64,000 bases of DNA, taken from Mobula hypostoma. Lineage: Eukaryota. The notes under the pieces were generated by a model, which did not search any database, was not told where the DNA came from, and worked only from the letters and a program-made list of their open reading frames with translations. The stretch covers positions 128,838,001 to 128,902,000 of the forward strand of contig NC_086097.1 of NCBI RefSeq assembly GCF_963921235.1. The letters are read 5' to 3'. Shown piece after piece: positions 1 to 12,559 of the stretch. Made by a program: the position numbers and the translations under genes. Within the stretch, counting starts at the first letter, position 1; each line of letters begins with the position of its first letter.

Positions 1-1769
1 GTCAAAGTCTCCATTTATTTATTGTCCATTGCTAATTACTGCTGAGAAGGTGATGCTCAGCACTTTCCTGAATCTCTGTTGGCCCTCAGGTGAATGTTGT
101 CCTACAGCACTGTTGAGGAAGAAATTCCAGGATGTAGATCAAAATTCAAGGTAAATGTCATTATCAGAGAACATACATGTCACCAAGTACAACCTGAAAT
201 TCATTTTCCTGCAGCCATTCTCAGCAAATCTATAGAATAGTAACTATAACCAGATCAACCAGAGCTCAGGAGACAACAAATTGCAAATACAAATATAAAT
301 AGATAGCAATAAATAACAAGAATATGAAATAACAAGATAAAGAGTCCTTAAAGTGAGATAATTGGTTGTGGGAACATCTCAATGGATGGGCAAGTGAGTG
401 TAGTTATCCCCTTTTGTTCAAGAGCCTGATGGTTGTGGGGTAGTAACTGTTCCAGCGATGAAAATGTATGTTCTTTTGTTTAACCTCATAATCATAATTT
501 ACCTTGTTGTCTGTCTGCGGTGGACTTTTTCTGTAAGTGTGACATTATGTTCTGCATTCTGTTAGTGCTTTTCTCTTGTACCACTTCAACGTACTGATGT
601 GATGAAATGATCTGGATGGATGTCATGCAAATCAAAGCTTTTCGCTGTACCATGGTGCATGTGATAAAAATAAAACAATTATCAATTGCTAACATTTCCA
701 AGTCAGGATGGTGTCCAATTCAGAGTGGAATTTGCAAGCAGTGCTGTCCATATGCATCTGCTACTCTTGGCCCTGTCGGTGATAGAGTTCATGGGCTTGT
801 CCGGTTATTCGGGAGAAGTCTGGGTGAGTAACTGCAGTGCACGTTTTTGTTAGCGCACGCTGCAGCCACTATGTACTGGTGATGAAGGGAATGAATGTTT
901 ACAATGGGGCCGTAGTCCTTCAAGAGGGCTGCTTCGTCCTGGGTGATGGCAAGCTTCCTGAGAACAGACAGAGCTGCACTCCTCCGTTGAGGCACGGTGG
1001 AGAGGCTGGGAAGAGTCAGGGAGCAGGTCACACGTTACAATACACACAGTCTCTGACCTACTGTTGTGGCTGCAGGTAAGGTTTAAATTGCACCTGTGCG
1101 CAAAGGTACTTGTACATATGACAGTAAACTCAAACTTGACTTTCTCTTACTGGTTTGGCCAGAGTACCTATGCAGCTGGTTCAGTGGGAAAACTGGCATT
1201 ATGTTTAAACAAGACTCTGATGTTTAAGATGGATCCAATATCCACGTTCCACACCCTTAGGTACTTGTAGCCTCCCCTTGATATTGACTGGAAGACGATG
1301 CATTTGCGGTCTGGAGAAATGATCTGAGAATGCCTCCATGGCAGAGGCATTATTAGATGTGCCACACAAATGCACCTTGTCAGCTATTTCCACAATGCTG
1401 AAGGCAATGTTAGGCAATATTTATGTTAAGTAAGTATGGATGAAGCCCATGACGAAGAAGGAAAATGCTAAAAATATCTTTTAGGTATCAGTTCTGATTA
1501 CAATGTGTGGGGAATGGAACTGTCACACAGTTCGATGCATAATACTTCTTTGAAGTTGGAACTTAAACTGGAATACTGCTGTGGCACGTTAGAAACCTGT
1601 TTCTGCCACCCGTTCTGGAGCTTGCCGCATGAACAATTCTCCTAGTGTCTTCTGCCGATGACCTTAAATCTGCTTCCCCTGGTTATGACTCCCCTGCTGC
1701 TGGAAACACGTTTTTTAGACTTGTTTTCTTTGAAAACTGCTTCAGTCTTTAACAAAACGCACCGCAAGT

Positions 1770-1975
1770 AGAGCCACTGCCTCACAATGCCAGAGACCCA
1801 GGTGCAGGCCTGACCTGTGTGCTGTGCATGTGCATTGTGCACACTTCCCCTGTTTTGCATGGACTCCCTATGACTGTAGGGGTTTCTTCCAGGTGCTCTG
1901 GTTTCATCCCACATCCCAAAGACATGGGGTCTGTTTGGTTAATTGGCTGTTGTAAATTGGCCCTGGTGTGTAGTT
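1770..1975 (+). mobile_element. V-domain/HE1-like SINE, split by the CR1 insertion (resumes near 4045-4165)
   Basis: GGGTTTCTTCCAGGTGCTCTGGTTTCATCCCACATCCCAAAGAC...TGTAAATTG matches the V-SINE central domain as recalled; related copies at 9160-9375, 37330-37600(-), 48630-48890(-) and 50335-50510. Confidence 0.65.
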
Positions 1976-2479
1976 AGAAACTTGGAAAACCTACAGCAGT
2001 GCCGAACACGTCCTTACCTTAGAACTTACTTAGGGTTACCCAAGCCCTCTATTTTGCTGAGCTCCATGTACCCATCCAAGAATCTCTTAAAAAACCCTAT
2101 CGTATCAGCCTCCACCACCGTCGCCGGCAGCCCATTCCGCGCACTCACCACTCCCTGTGTAAAAAACTTACCCCTGATATCTCTGCTGTACCTACTTCCA
2201 AGCACCTTAAAACTGTGTCCCCTCGTACTAGCCATTTCAGCCCTGGGAAAATCCCACTGACTATCCACACAATCATTGATTCTCATCATCTTATACACCT
2301 CTGTCAGGTCATCTCTCATCCTCCATCAGTCCAAGGCAAAAAGGCCGAGTTCACTCAGCGTATTCTCATAAGGCATGCTCCCCAATCCAGGCAACATCCT
2401 TGTAAATCTCCTCTGCACCCTTTTGATTGTTTCCACATCCTTCCTGTAGTGAGGCGACCACAAATGAGAACAGTACTCC

Positions 2480-2680
2480 AAGTTGCTGGTGAACGCAGCA
2501 GGCCAGGCAGCATCTCTAGGAAGAGGTACAGTCAACGTTTCAGGCCGAGTCCTGACGAAGGGTCTCGGCCTGAAACGTCGACTGTACCTCTTCCTAGAGA
2601 TGCTGCCTGGCCTGCTGCATTCACCAGCAACTTTGATGTGTGTTGCTTGAATTTCCAGCATCTGCAGAATTCCTGTTGTT
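2480..2680. mobile_element. Palindromic Penelope-derived non-autonomous element inserted in CR1
   Basis: Arm AAGTTGCTGGTGAACGCAGCAGGCCAGGCAGCATCTCTAGGAAGAGGTACAGTC and its reverse complement surround a hammerhead-like core; it interrupts the CR1 frame between EFNPDKCE and LEYC. Confidence 0.85.
2548..2583 (+). ncRNA. Minimal type I hammerhead ribozyme motif (predicted)
   Basis: AGUC-CUGACGA-A-GGGUCUCGGCCU-GAAA-CGUC-GACU: conserved core boxes, helix I AGUC/GACU, short helix II, ACGU palindrome in place of helix III. Confidence 0.7.
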
Positions 2681-5274
2681 CACACTTATCTGGGTTGAAC
2701 TCTATCTGCCATTTCTCAGCCCAGTTTTGCATCCTATCAATGTCCCGCTGTAACCTCTGACAGCCCTCCACACTATCCCAACATTTATGTCATCAGCAAA
2801 TTTATTAACCCATCCCTCCACTTCCTCATCCAGGTCTTTTATAAAAATCATGAAGAGTAGGGGTCCCAGAACAGATTCCTGAGGCGCACCACTGGTGACA
2901 GACCTCCATGCAGAATATGACCCACCTACAACCACACTTTGCCTTCTGTGGGCAAGCCAGTTCTGGATCCACGAAGCAATGTTCCCTTGGACCCCATACC
3001 TCCTTACTTTCTCAATAAGCCTTGCATGGGGTACCTTATCAAATGCCTTGCTGAAATCCATATACACTGCATCTACTGCTCTACTACTGAAGGAAGACTC
3101 ACTGGTCTATAATTTCGTGGGCTATCTCTAATCCCTTTCTTGAATAATGGAACAACATCCTCAATCCCCCAATCCTCCAGAAACTCTCCTGTCCCCATTG
3201 ATGATGCAAAGATCATCGCCAGAGGCTCAGCAATCTCCTCCCTCGCCTCCCACAGTAGCCTGGGATACATCTTGTCCGGTCCTGGTGACTTATCCAACTT
3301 GATGCTTTCCAAATGCACCAGCACATCCTCTTTCTTAATATCTACATGCTCATGCTTTTCAGTCTACCGTAAGTCATCCCTACAATTGCCAAATCCTTTT
3401 CCGTAGTGAATACTAAAGCAAAGTACTCATTAAGTACCTCTGCTATCTCCTCCGGTTCCATACACACTTTTCCACTGTCACACTTGATTGGTCCTATTCT
3501 CTCCTGTCTTATCCTCTTGCTCTTCACATACTTGTAGAATGCCTTGGGGTTTCCCTAATCCTGTCCGCCAAGGCCCTCTCATGGCCCCTTCTGGCTCTCC
3601 TAATTTCTTTCCTAAGTTCCTTCCTGCTAGCCTTATAATCTTCTAGATCTCTATCATTACCTGTTTCTTTGAACCTTTCGTAAGCTTTTCTTTACTTCTT
3701 GACTAGATTTACAACAGCCTTTGTACACCACGGATCTTGTACCCTACCATCCTTTCCCTGTCTCATTGGAACGTACCTATGCAGAACTCCATGCAAATAT
3801 CCCCTGAACATTTGCCACATTTCTTCCGTATATTTCCCTGAGAACATCTGTTCCCAATTTATGCTTCCGAGTTCTTGTCTGATAGCCTCACATTTCCCGT
3901 TACTCCAATTAAACGCTTTCCTAACTTGTCTGTTAGGAAAGCTATGGTAAAGGAGATAGAATTGTGATCACTATCCCCAAAATGCTCTCCCACTGAGAGA
4001 CCTGACACCTGACACCAGGTTCATTTCCCAATACCGGATCAACTTGCGGTAGGTGTGGAGGAAGTCAATGAGAATGTGGGGAGAACAAAAGTAGGATGAC
4101 TATATATTAGATTGGTTGGTTATCTGTGTGGACTCAGTGAGCTGAAGAGTCTGTTTTCCAGCAATAGCTCTAAACCTTCTTTTAACTTTTGCTTGCAATG
4201 GAGAACAAGTCCAACTCTTCTAACTCCTCATAGAAGCCATTTGTCCTTCGTAGGACACAGTAGTTCATCTACAGCAATTTAAAACCTGGAATAGACTTGT
4301 AGAAACATCAAACTGGCTGAAGGATTCAAAATAGATGGCATCTCTTAACATCTTACAGACCATGAGGTAAAGTCTGAAACTGCCACATTGCGGTTAAAAC
4401 AGAAGCTTAAATACCACATATTTTTCTTACAATAATATATTATTTGTTGAAAATATTTGTCTATGGAAACTGCAATCAACAGATTTAGTTGTTTTAAGAG
4501 TCATGGAACTTACTGATTAATAATTATGGCTCAGTAAGCTATTAAATAAGATTTTCCGGGTATTTTAAAGAAAGGCGAGTTCATTGATACATTGTTTATT
4601 TTACTTTAGCTGACTTCATTTCAGTGGCAAAGGTTGTACAGATTACGCAGGAATGTCAAATCACTTATACAGCGCCTCTGGGAGCTCTTTGTGAAACTAG
4701 GCATGTGCAGAACTCCTGAATTTGCTGCAGGTTCACGGTCATGATGGTGGACCTGCCCTACGTCACTAAGGTGCAACAACAGAATCCAGGTCTATGACAT
4801 CTGAACAACATCCACAGCTTCGTCCACATAGCCATCAGGTTCATGAACCAACCTAAAAGCCATAATTCTCTCCCATACTATATTTCCTTCAATTTCTACT
4901 GATGTTGTGATGATATTTATGTTTATTTTGTTATGCAAGTTTTGCATTATTTATGTTCATTTAAGTTTATTTCATTGATGTTTGTCATGTTTGCAATGTA
5001 CTATGCTGCTGATGCACAAGTCATTTATACCCTGGACAATAAACTTGAACTTGAAAGACTCATCTTCACTTTCTGATAAACAACACCACCCATGCATTTT
5101 GGTCACTTCCCTCTTCCTAACCTGGAATGAGTTTTCTGGGATTGGTTGGCTCCCATCATAAGTACAAGATCAATTTAGTATATGGTAAATTCTTTTATTT
5201 TAGCTGAAAAAAGGGTTTTAAATGTTGAATTATTTCAGGACACTGAAAACAAAATAGAGAAAAAAGTATCTTAG

Positions 5275-8200
5275 AGTCATAGGACACTACAGCACAGAAT
5301 CAGGCCTTTTGGCCCATCTGGATGTGCCAAACTGCCTCGTCCCATCGACCTGCACTCGGACCATTGCTCTCTATACCTCTCCCATCTACGTACTTATCCA
5401 AATTTCTCCAAAATCAAATCCGCGTTCTCCAGTTCCATTGGTAGCTCCATCCACACTCTCACCAGCCACTGAGTGAAGGAGTTCCCCCTCATGTTCCTTT
5501 TAAACATTTCACCTTTCACCCTTAAAACATGATCCCTAGTTCTAGTCTCACCTAGCCTCAGTAAAAAACCTTACTTGCATTTACCCTATCTATAACCTTC
5601 ATTATTTTGTATACCTCTGTCAAATCTCCCATCATACACCTATGCTCCACTATCCAATCCAAACTTTCCCTATAACTCAGGTCCTCAAGTCCTGGCAGCA
5701 CCCTTGTAAATTTTCAATCTTCTTAATATCTTTCCTGTAGGTAGATAACCAGATAGGGCACACAATACTCCAAAATTATGCCTCATCAACGTCTTATATA
5801 CTTCAATATAACATCCCTACTCCTGTACTCAATACTTTGATTTTACTCAATACACAAAACTATGAAGCCAAAGGCTCTCTTCATGACCCTATCAACGTGT
5901 GACACCACTTTCAAGGAATTATGGATCGATATTCCCAGCTCTCTCTGTTCTACAGCACTCATCAGTGCCCTATCACTCACCATGTAAGTTCTACCCTGGT
6001 TTGTCCACCAAAAGTTTAACACCTCTCACTTGTCTGCATTAAATTCCATCTGTCATTTTTTACCCATTCTTCCAGCTGGCCCAGGTCCCGCTACAAGCTT
6101 TGATAGCCTTCCTCACTGTCCACTACACCCCCAATCTTGGTGTCATCCACAAATTTGCTGTTACAGTTTGCTACATTATCATCCAGGTCATTAATGGAGA
6201 TGACAAACAGTAACGGACCCTGCACTAATCACAATGGTAGACTATAAGTCACAGGCCTCCAGTCAGAGGGCCAATTATCTACTACTCTCTGGTTCTCCCA
6301 TGAAGCCAATGTCTAATCCAATTTACTACCTCATTCTGAATACCAAGTGAGTGAACCTTCTCGACCAACCTCCTATATGGGGTCTTGCCAAAGGCCTTGC
6401 TGAAGTCCATGTAGACAACATCCACTACTTTGCCTTCTTCAACTTTCCTGGTAACTTCTTCAAAAAAAGGTTGGTTATACATGACCTACCATGTACAACT
6501 CCAGGTTGACTATCCCTAATCTCTCCCTGTCTATCCAAATACTTATATATCTGGTCCCTTTGACTACCTTCCAATAACTTACCCATGATTGATGTCGGGC
6601 TCACTGGCCAATAATTTCCCCACTAATTTTTAGAGCCTTTCTTCAACAAAGGAACAGCATTAGCTATCCACCAATTCTCCAGCACCTAACCTAACAGAAA
6701 TATTATATATTAAAAGAGTGAGATAGTGTCCAAGGGTTCAATGTCCATTTAGGAATCGGATGGCAGAGGGGAAGAAGCTGTTCCTGAATCGCTGAATGTC
6801 TTCCTGCTTCTGTACCTCCTACCTGATGGTAACAGTGAGAAAAAGGCATCCCCTGGGTGCTGGAGGTCCTTAATAACGGACAGTGCCTTTCTGAGAAAAC
6901 GCTCTTTAAAGATGTCCTGGGTATTTTGTAGGCTCGTACCCAAGATGGAACCGAATAAATTTACAACCCTCTGCATCTTCATTCGGTCCTGTCTAGTAGC
7001 CCCTTCATAGCAGACAGTGATGCAGCCTGTTAGAATGCTCTCCATGGTACATCTATAGAAGTTTTTCAGTGTATTTGTTGAGATGCCAAATCTCTTTAAG
7101 CTCCTAATGAAGTACAGCTGCTGTCTTGCCTTCTTTATAACTACATCAATATGTTGGGACCAGGTTAGATCCTCCGAGATCTTGACACCCAGGAACTTGA
7201 AACTGCTCACTCTCTTCACTTCTGATCCCTCTATGAGGATTGGTATGTGTTCCTTCGTCTTACCCTTCCTGAAGTCCACAATCAGCTCTTTCATCTTACT
7301 GATGTTGAGTGTCAGGTTGTTGCTGCAGCACCATTCCACTAGTAGGCATATCTCACTCCTGTACACCCTCTTATCACCACCTGAGATTCTACCAACAATG
7401 GTTGTATCGTCAGCAAGTTTATAGATGGTGTTTGAGCTATGCCTAGCCACACAGGTATGTGTATACAGAGAGTAGAGCAGTGGGCTAAGCACACACCCCT
7501 GAGGTGCACCAGTGTTGATCGTCAGTGAGGAGATGTTATCACCAATCTGCACAGAATGTGGTCTTCCAGTTAGGAAGCTGAGGATCCAGGGATGTACAGA
7601 GGCCCAGGTTCTGCAACTTCTCAATCAGGATTGTAGGAATGATGGTACTAAATGTCGATGAACAGCATCCTGATGTAGGTGTTTGTGTTGTCCAGGGGGT
7701 CTAAAGCCGTGTGAAGAGCCATTGAGTTTGCATCTGCCATTGACTTATTGTGGTGATAGACAAATTGCAATGGGTCCAGGTCCTTGCTGAGGCAGGAGTT
7801 CAGTCGAGTCGTGACCAACCTCTCAAAAGCATTTCATCACTGTAGATGTAAGTGCTTAATATATCTGTAGAAGCCCTTAGGATTTTCACTCATTTTGTCT
7901 GCTAGATCAATCTTTAGTCTTCCTGATTTCCTTCTTACGTGTTCCTTTTCATTCCTTATACTCACCAAGTACCTCATTTGTTCCTGCCTTCGTATACCTG
8001 CTATGTATCTCCTTCTAACCAGGGAAACTCTGTACTCATCACTTTTAAAGGCCTCCCACTTAATAAGCACACCTTTGCCTGAAAAAACCTGTCCCAGTCT
8101 ACACTTACCAGATCCTTTCTGACACCATCAAAATTGGCCTTTCTCCAATTTAGAATCTCAACTTGTTGACCAGATCTACAGTAACCTTCTCCAGTAATTA

Positions 8201-8600
8201 TACTGAAACTAATGGCACTATGATCACTAGAAATGTTCCCCTACACAAACTTCTGTCACCTGCCATGTCTCATTCCCTAATAGGAGATCTAGCATCTCTC
8301 TAGTTAGAACCTCTATGAATTGATTCAGGAAACTTTTCTGAATACATTTGACAAACTCTGTTCCATTTAGCCAGCCCTTTTACAGTATGGGAGTCCCAGT
8401 CAATATGAGGAAAGTTAAAATCACCTATCATAACCTTATATTTCTTGTAGCAGTCTGCCATCTCTCTACAAATGTGCTTTTCTAAATCCTGCAGACTATT
8501 AGAAGTCTATAATATAATCCTTTTAATCTGCTCATTCTTTTCTTATTCCTCAGTTCCATCCAAATAACCTCAGTAGATGAGCTCTCCAGTCGTCTATCTT
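5275..8600 (-). mobile_element. CR1 LINE (decayed EN-RT), interrupted by a Rex1/Babar element
   Basis: [14 protein letters not shown] (6282-6482), ENPKGFYRYIK (7837-8070), endonuclease-region GDFNFP motif near 8410, CR1 3' end near 5275-5600. Confidence 0.9.
6695..7850 (-). mobile_element. Rex1/Babar-type LINE, RT and C-terminal region
   Basis: 291-aa ORF 6749-7624 with GAPQGCVLSPLLYSLYTH, KLADDTTIVGRI, KKARQQLYFIRSLKRF, FYRCTMESILTGCITV. Confidence 0.9.
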
Positions 8601-9159
8601 ATAGAAAGAAAAATTCTGCTGTCCTTTTGCTTGTTGTTCTCTCTCCAAAGTCAGAGTATGCTAGGGAAAAGTCACACAAATTGCATGAATTCCAGACATT
8701 TGTGCAGCTGCAGAGGTAAATACCAGTAGTTCTACATGGAACTATCAGGAATCCTGTAGGGGATTTGGTCCTTAGGATAGATTCTGATGTTATATTGATG
8801 TTGGCACAGCTCTTCATATAAAATAGAAACATAATAGTTGGTTTCTCTAATAAAGCTTGTTTCCCAAAAGGAGGGCTATTATCAGATATTGATTGCTATA
8901 TAAATTGTAAAACATTGCAAAAATCTTTTTGCATGAGCCAATATTATTAACTGCCTTGTTTGGCTATATTGATTTAACTGGCAAAAAGACACACACTGAA
9001 CACAGATTTAACATTTAGTAATTCTATCTATGAAGTTCCACAAATTTACCATTAATAAAACATTGATTACTGAATGCCACTCTCAATAATCCTTTTTTTG
9101 CACAGAATAACACTTAGTTCTGTGAGGTGAGTAAGTGACCTAATGTTATATATTCCCAA

Positions 9160-9375
9160 CGCTGCCCGTAAGGCATTTGTACGTTCGCCCTGTGACCATG
9201 TGGGTTTCCTCCGGGTGCTCCAGTTTCCTCCCACAGTCCAAAGGCATACCAGTCACTAGGTTAATTGTTCATTGTAAATTGTCCTGTGATTAGACTAGTG
9301 TTAAATCTGGAATTGCTGAGTGGCGTGGATTGAAGGGCTGGAAGGGCCTACTCCGTGCTTTTTCTCAATAAAATA
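9160..9375 (+). mobile_element. V-domain SINE
   Basis: GTGGGTTTCCTCCGGGTGCTCCAGTTTCCTCCCACAGTCCAAAG, CR1-like 3' tail, AATAAAATAAAA end. Confidence 0.75.
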
Positions 9376-9605
9376 AAAAGTTAAATATTTATCAGAATGC
9401 TTCTATTTTCTTACTTTCGCTAATGACACAGAAGTATTCATCACTTCTCAGCAATCTAGTTAAAGCTTGTCACAAGATTAGAAGGTTTGTTCTAGCATGC
9501 CAACATTGTGAAAGTTTGTCCCAGGTTACTCTTCTGAGCTTTTTAAAGTCATTGACTCTGCCGTTGTGCTAGTGAGAAAGGCTCCTCTGTCCCTTTCACT
9601 ATAAA

Positions 9606-9915
9606 TCCTTGCCCACCCTCTGGGCTTTCCACCCCCCTGCCCCTTTCTTTCTCCCTAGGCCTCCCATCCCATGATTCTCTCCCTTCTCCAGCCTCGTATC
9701 CCTTTTGCCAATCAACTTTCCAGCTCTTAGCTTCATCCCTCCCCCTTCTTCCATCATTTCGGATCTCCCCCTCCCCCTCCCCCTTTCAAATCTCTCACTC
9801 TCTCTTCTTTCAGTTAGTCCTTACGAAGGGACTCGGCCCGAAACATCGACTGTACCTCTTCCTAGAGATGCTGCCTGGCTGCTGTGTTCCACCAGCATTT
9901 TTGTGTGTGTGTTAT
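9606..9915 (+). mobile_element. Penelope-like element 3' region / pseudo-LTR with degenerate hammerhead motif
   Basis: Pyrimidine-rich tract followed by AGTCCTTACGAAGGGACTCGGCCCGAAACATCGACT and the same arm sequence as 2480-2680. Confidence 0.7.
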
Positions 9916-9959
9916 TACATACCTATTGTGCCTGCTATGTTTCTTCCAAAATGCTCCAA

Positions 9960-10145
9960 AATGCCTGATTTCTGAATTATTGTAAATGAAGAAATGCAGG
10001 AGTCAATTTGCACACCGCAAGCTCCCACCAAAAATATTGCCATAATAAACAGCCAATCTGCTTCAGGATATTGATAGAGACATTAGGATTAAGTAGGGCA
10101 TGGACACAGCCTCGCTGTCCTTCTCTGGTACAATCATTGGGCTCC
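9960..10145 (-). mobile_element. Deu-domain (SacSINE1/AmnSINE1-like) SINE relic
   Basis: CAATTTGCACACCGCAAGCTCCCACCAAAA resembles the reverse complement of the AmnSINE-type GTGGGATCTTGCTGTGCGCAAATTG block (recalled); similar relics at 15540-15690(-) and 28985-29095(+). Confidence 0.45.
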
Positions 10146-10164
10146 TTTTAGACAGCATGAAGGG

Positions 10165-11040
10165 GGAAAACACCAGAGATTCTGCAGATGCTAGAAATCC
10201 AGTGCAACACAAAGAAGGTGATAGGTGAAGCCAGCTGCGCGAGGGAGGGTGGGATAAGGTAGCAGATGAAAAGAGGAAAAGGTACAGGGTTGGAGAAGAA
10301 GGAATATGAAAGGAGAGGACTGTGGACCATGGAAGAAAGGGAGGCAGGAGGGACACCAGGAGGAGGTTACAGGCAAGTGAGGAGAAGATGAGAGGTAAGA
10401 GGGGTCAGAATGTGGAGTTGAAAAGAGAGGAGGGGAAGGGGGTACAGAATGTGAAATTGAAGAAGGGGGGAGAGGGCAGAATGTGAAATTGAAGAAGAGA
10501 GGAGGGGGAGGAGGATAAATCACCAGAAGCTGGAGAAAATTATGTTCATGCCATCAGGTTGAAGGTTACTCAGACAGAAAATGAGGCATTGCTCCTCCAA
10601 CCTGAGAGTAGCCTCATCGTGGCAGTAGAGCAAACCATGGACTGACATGTCAGAATAGAAATGGGGATTGGAATTAAAATGGTTGGCCACAGGAAAATTC
10701 TGCTTTTTGTGGATGGAGCGAAGGTATTCGACAAAGCACTTCCTCAGTCTATGTCGAATCTCACCAACGTAGAGGAGGCTGCATCGGCAGCACAGGATAC
10801 AGTAGACGACCCCAACAGATTCTCCGATGAAGCGTTGTCTCACTCACCTGGAAGGACTGTTTGGGGCCCTGAACGGAAGTGAATGGGTGGGTGCAGCACA
10901 TTTCCTGCTTGCAGGGATAAGTACCGGGGGGAGATTAGTGGGGAGGAATAAACGGACAAGGGAATCATGGAGAGAGTAATCACTGTAGAAAGTGGAGAGT
11001 GTTGGGGAGGGGGAGGGAAAGGTGTGTTTGGTGGTCTGGC
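10165..11040 (-). mobile_element. Penelope-like element remnant: GIY-YIG endonuclease and 3' region
   Basis: ORF 10520-10843 VVYCILCCRCSLLYVGEIRHRLRKCFVEYLRSI...PVANHFNS...EEQCLIFCLSNLQPDGMN, the PLE GIY-YIG pattern. Confidence 0.85.
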
Positions 11041-11339
11041 GAAAGTCGAGAGTGGGAAAAGGACTTTTATATATTGTCCCGTTGGAAAGTCTGACATGAA
11101 GGAAGTAGGAAAACAAAACACTGAAGACTTCTGTGGAATTCGTTGCCACAGGCAACTGTGGAGGCCAAGTCACAGGGTACATTTAAGACAGAGGTTGATA
11201 GATTCTTGATTTGTCAGGCATGAAAGGATACGGGAAGAAGGCTGGAGATTGGGGCTGAGCGGGAAAATAGACTAGCCATGAAGGGATGGTGCAGCAGGTT
11301 CGATGAGCCAAATGGCCTAATTCTACTCCCATAGATCAT

Positions 11340-11885
11340 GGTTTTATGGTGTTAAGACCACACTTAAGAGTATTGTGTGTAGGTCTGTTCACCATGTTAC
11401 AGGAAGGATTTGATTGAGCTAGACAAGGTTCAGAAATTCAAAAAGATGTTGTTGGGACAGGAAAGCCTGAGTTACAAGAAGAAACTGGATAGATAAGGAC
11501 TGTTTTCCCAGGTGAGGTGGGGAGAGGACTTAAAGAGGTTGATAAAGTAATAAGAGATGCACATAATGGGGATTGCCACAGTCTTTTCCACAGGGTATAA
11601 GAGGCTAAAGCTCAGGGGCATGTGTTTCAGATGATGGGGAATGATTTAAAAGGGATCCAAGGGGCAAGTTTTTCACAGAAGATGGTGGGTACATGGACAA
11701 GTTTCCAGAAGAAGTGGTAGAGACAAGTACAATTCCAGCATTCAAAAAACATTTGAGCAAGCACATCAATAGTAAAATTTTGGAGAAATGTGGGCCATTT
11801 TTTTCTGAAAACTATGACCTGCTTGTCAAGACATATTGCTCAGCATGGATCAATTGAGTCACACAGTCCATTTCTATGCTGTATA
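11340..11885 (+). mobile_element. Old CR1 3' fragment
   Basis: Degenerate RPHLEYCV..WSP region (GACCACACTTAAGAGTATTGTGTGTAGGTCTG) and RGH/FFTQ-like tail. Confidence 0.7.
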
Positions 11886-12559
11886 ACTTGATGATCCCTG
11901 CTTCTGTTTCCAATGTTTTAACATTATTTCAACTTTATACTAGTGTGCTAATTTGTAGATTTTGCAAACACGGGTTCATTGGATGGAAAAGCATGTTTTA
12001 AAGATTTGAATGTACTTTATTACAATAAGAAAACTGATTATAGATACTATACTGTGCCTAGCAATTAATTAATAATTTGTAATCAATTCGCTTTTTAGTG
12101 CTCTATATAAGACAAGTATACCATTAACATCAGACTAGAATATGCTGGAAAAATTCAGCAAGTGAGGTAGCATCTGTAGAGAGAGAAAAACAACGCTCTT
12201 CAGAACTGGGAAATGTTAAGAGAGTTCTTAAATTTTTTAATAACTTAAAAAATTTTCTAAAAATTAAAAGTTAATTTTTTTTATGTTGCAGATGAAGGGC
12301 AGGGAGAGGCAGAGAGAACTAAAGGAAAGGTCTGTGATAGGACAGAGACCAGAGGAAGCAGAATTCGGTCTTGCTGACTGATAGAAGGTCATAGGGGTTG
12401 CCTAATAACAAAAGCTACAGGGAACCCTGCACTAAGGACCAGCCTCAGTACCTGTACAAACGTCTACAAATTGGGATAGGTACCCACAGACGTCTGACAT
12501 AGAAAAACAACAGTGGTAGTTATTGAGCTGGTGTAGCCAGAAGGATTCTGTCTCCCATG

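Larger units (their letters stand above)
1976..4040 (-). mobile_element. CR1 LINE, 5'-truncated, frameshifted ORF2 (RT) and 3' tail
   Basis: ORF fragments [67 protein letters not shown]. Confidence 0.95.

Noticed and set aside
1168..1417. Short ORFs possibly from a transposase or host exon
   Set aside because: No recognisable motif or convincing splice context.
2215..2760. ORFs containing 'PETSTVPLPRDAAWPAAFTS' (related peptides at 9705, 34070, 38599, 63285)
   Set aside because: These are incidental translations of the non-coding palindromic repeat arms.
6749..7624. Longest ORF (291 aa) as a host or retron-like RT gene
   Set aside because: It is the C-terminal half of a Rex1/Babar LINE RT with upstream frameshifts and many paralogous fragments in the window.
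10063..10523. Pro/Ser-rich ORFs
   Set aside because: Low-complexity translations of the purine/pyrimidine tract of the Penelope 3' region.
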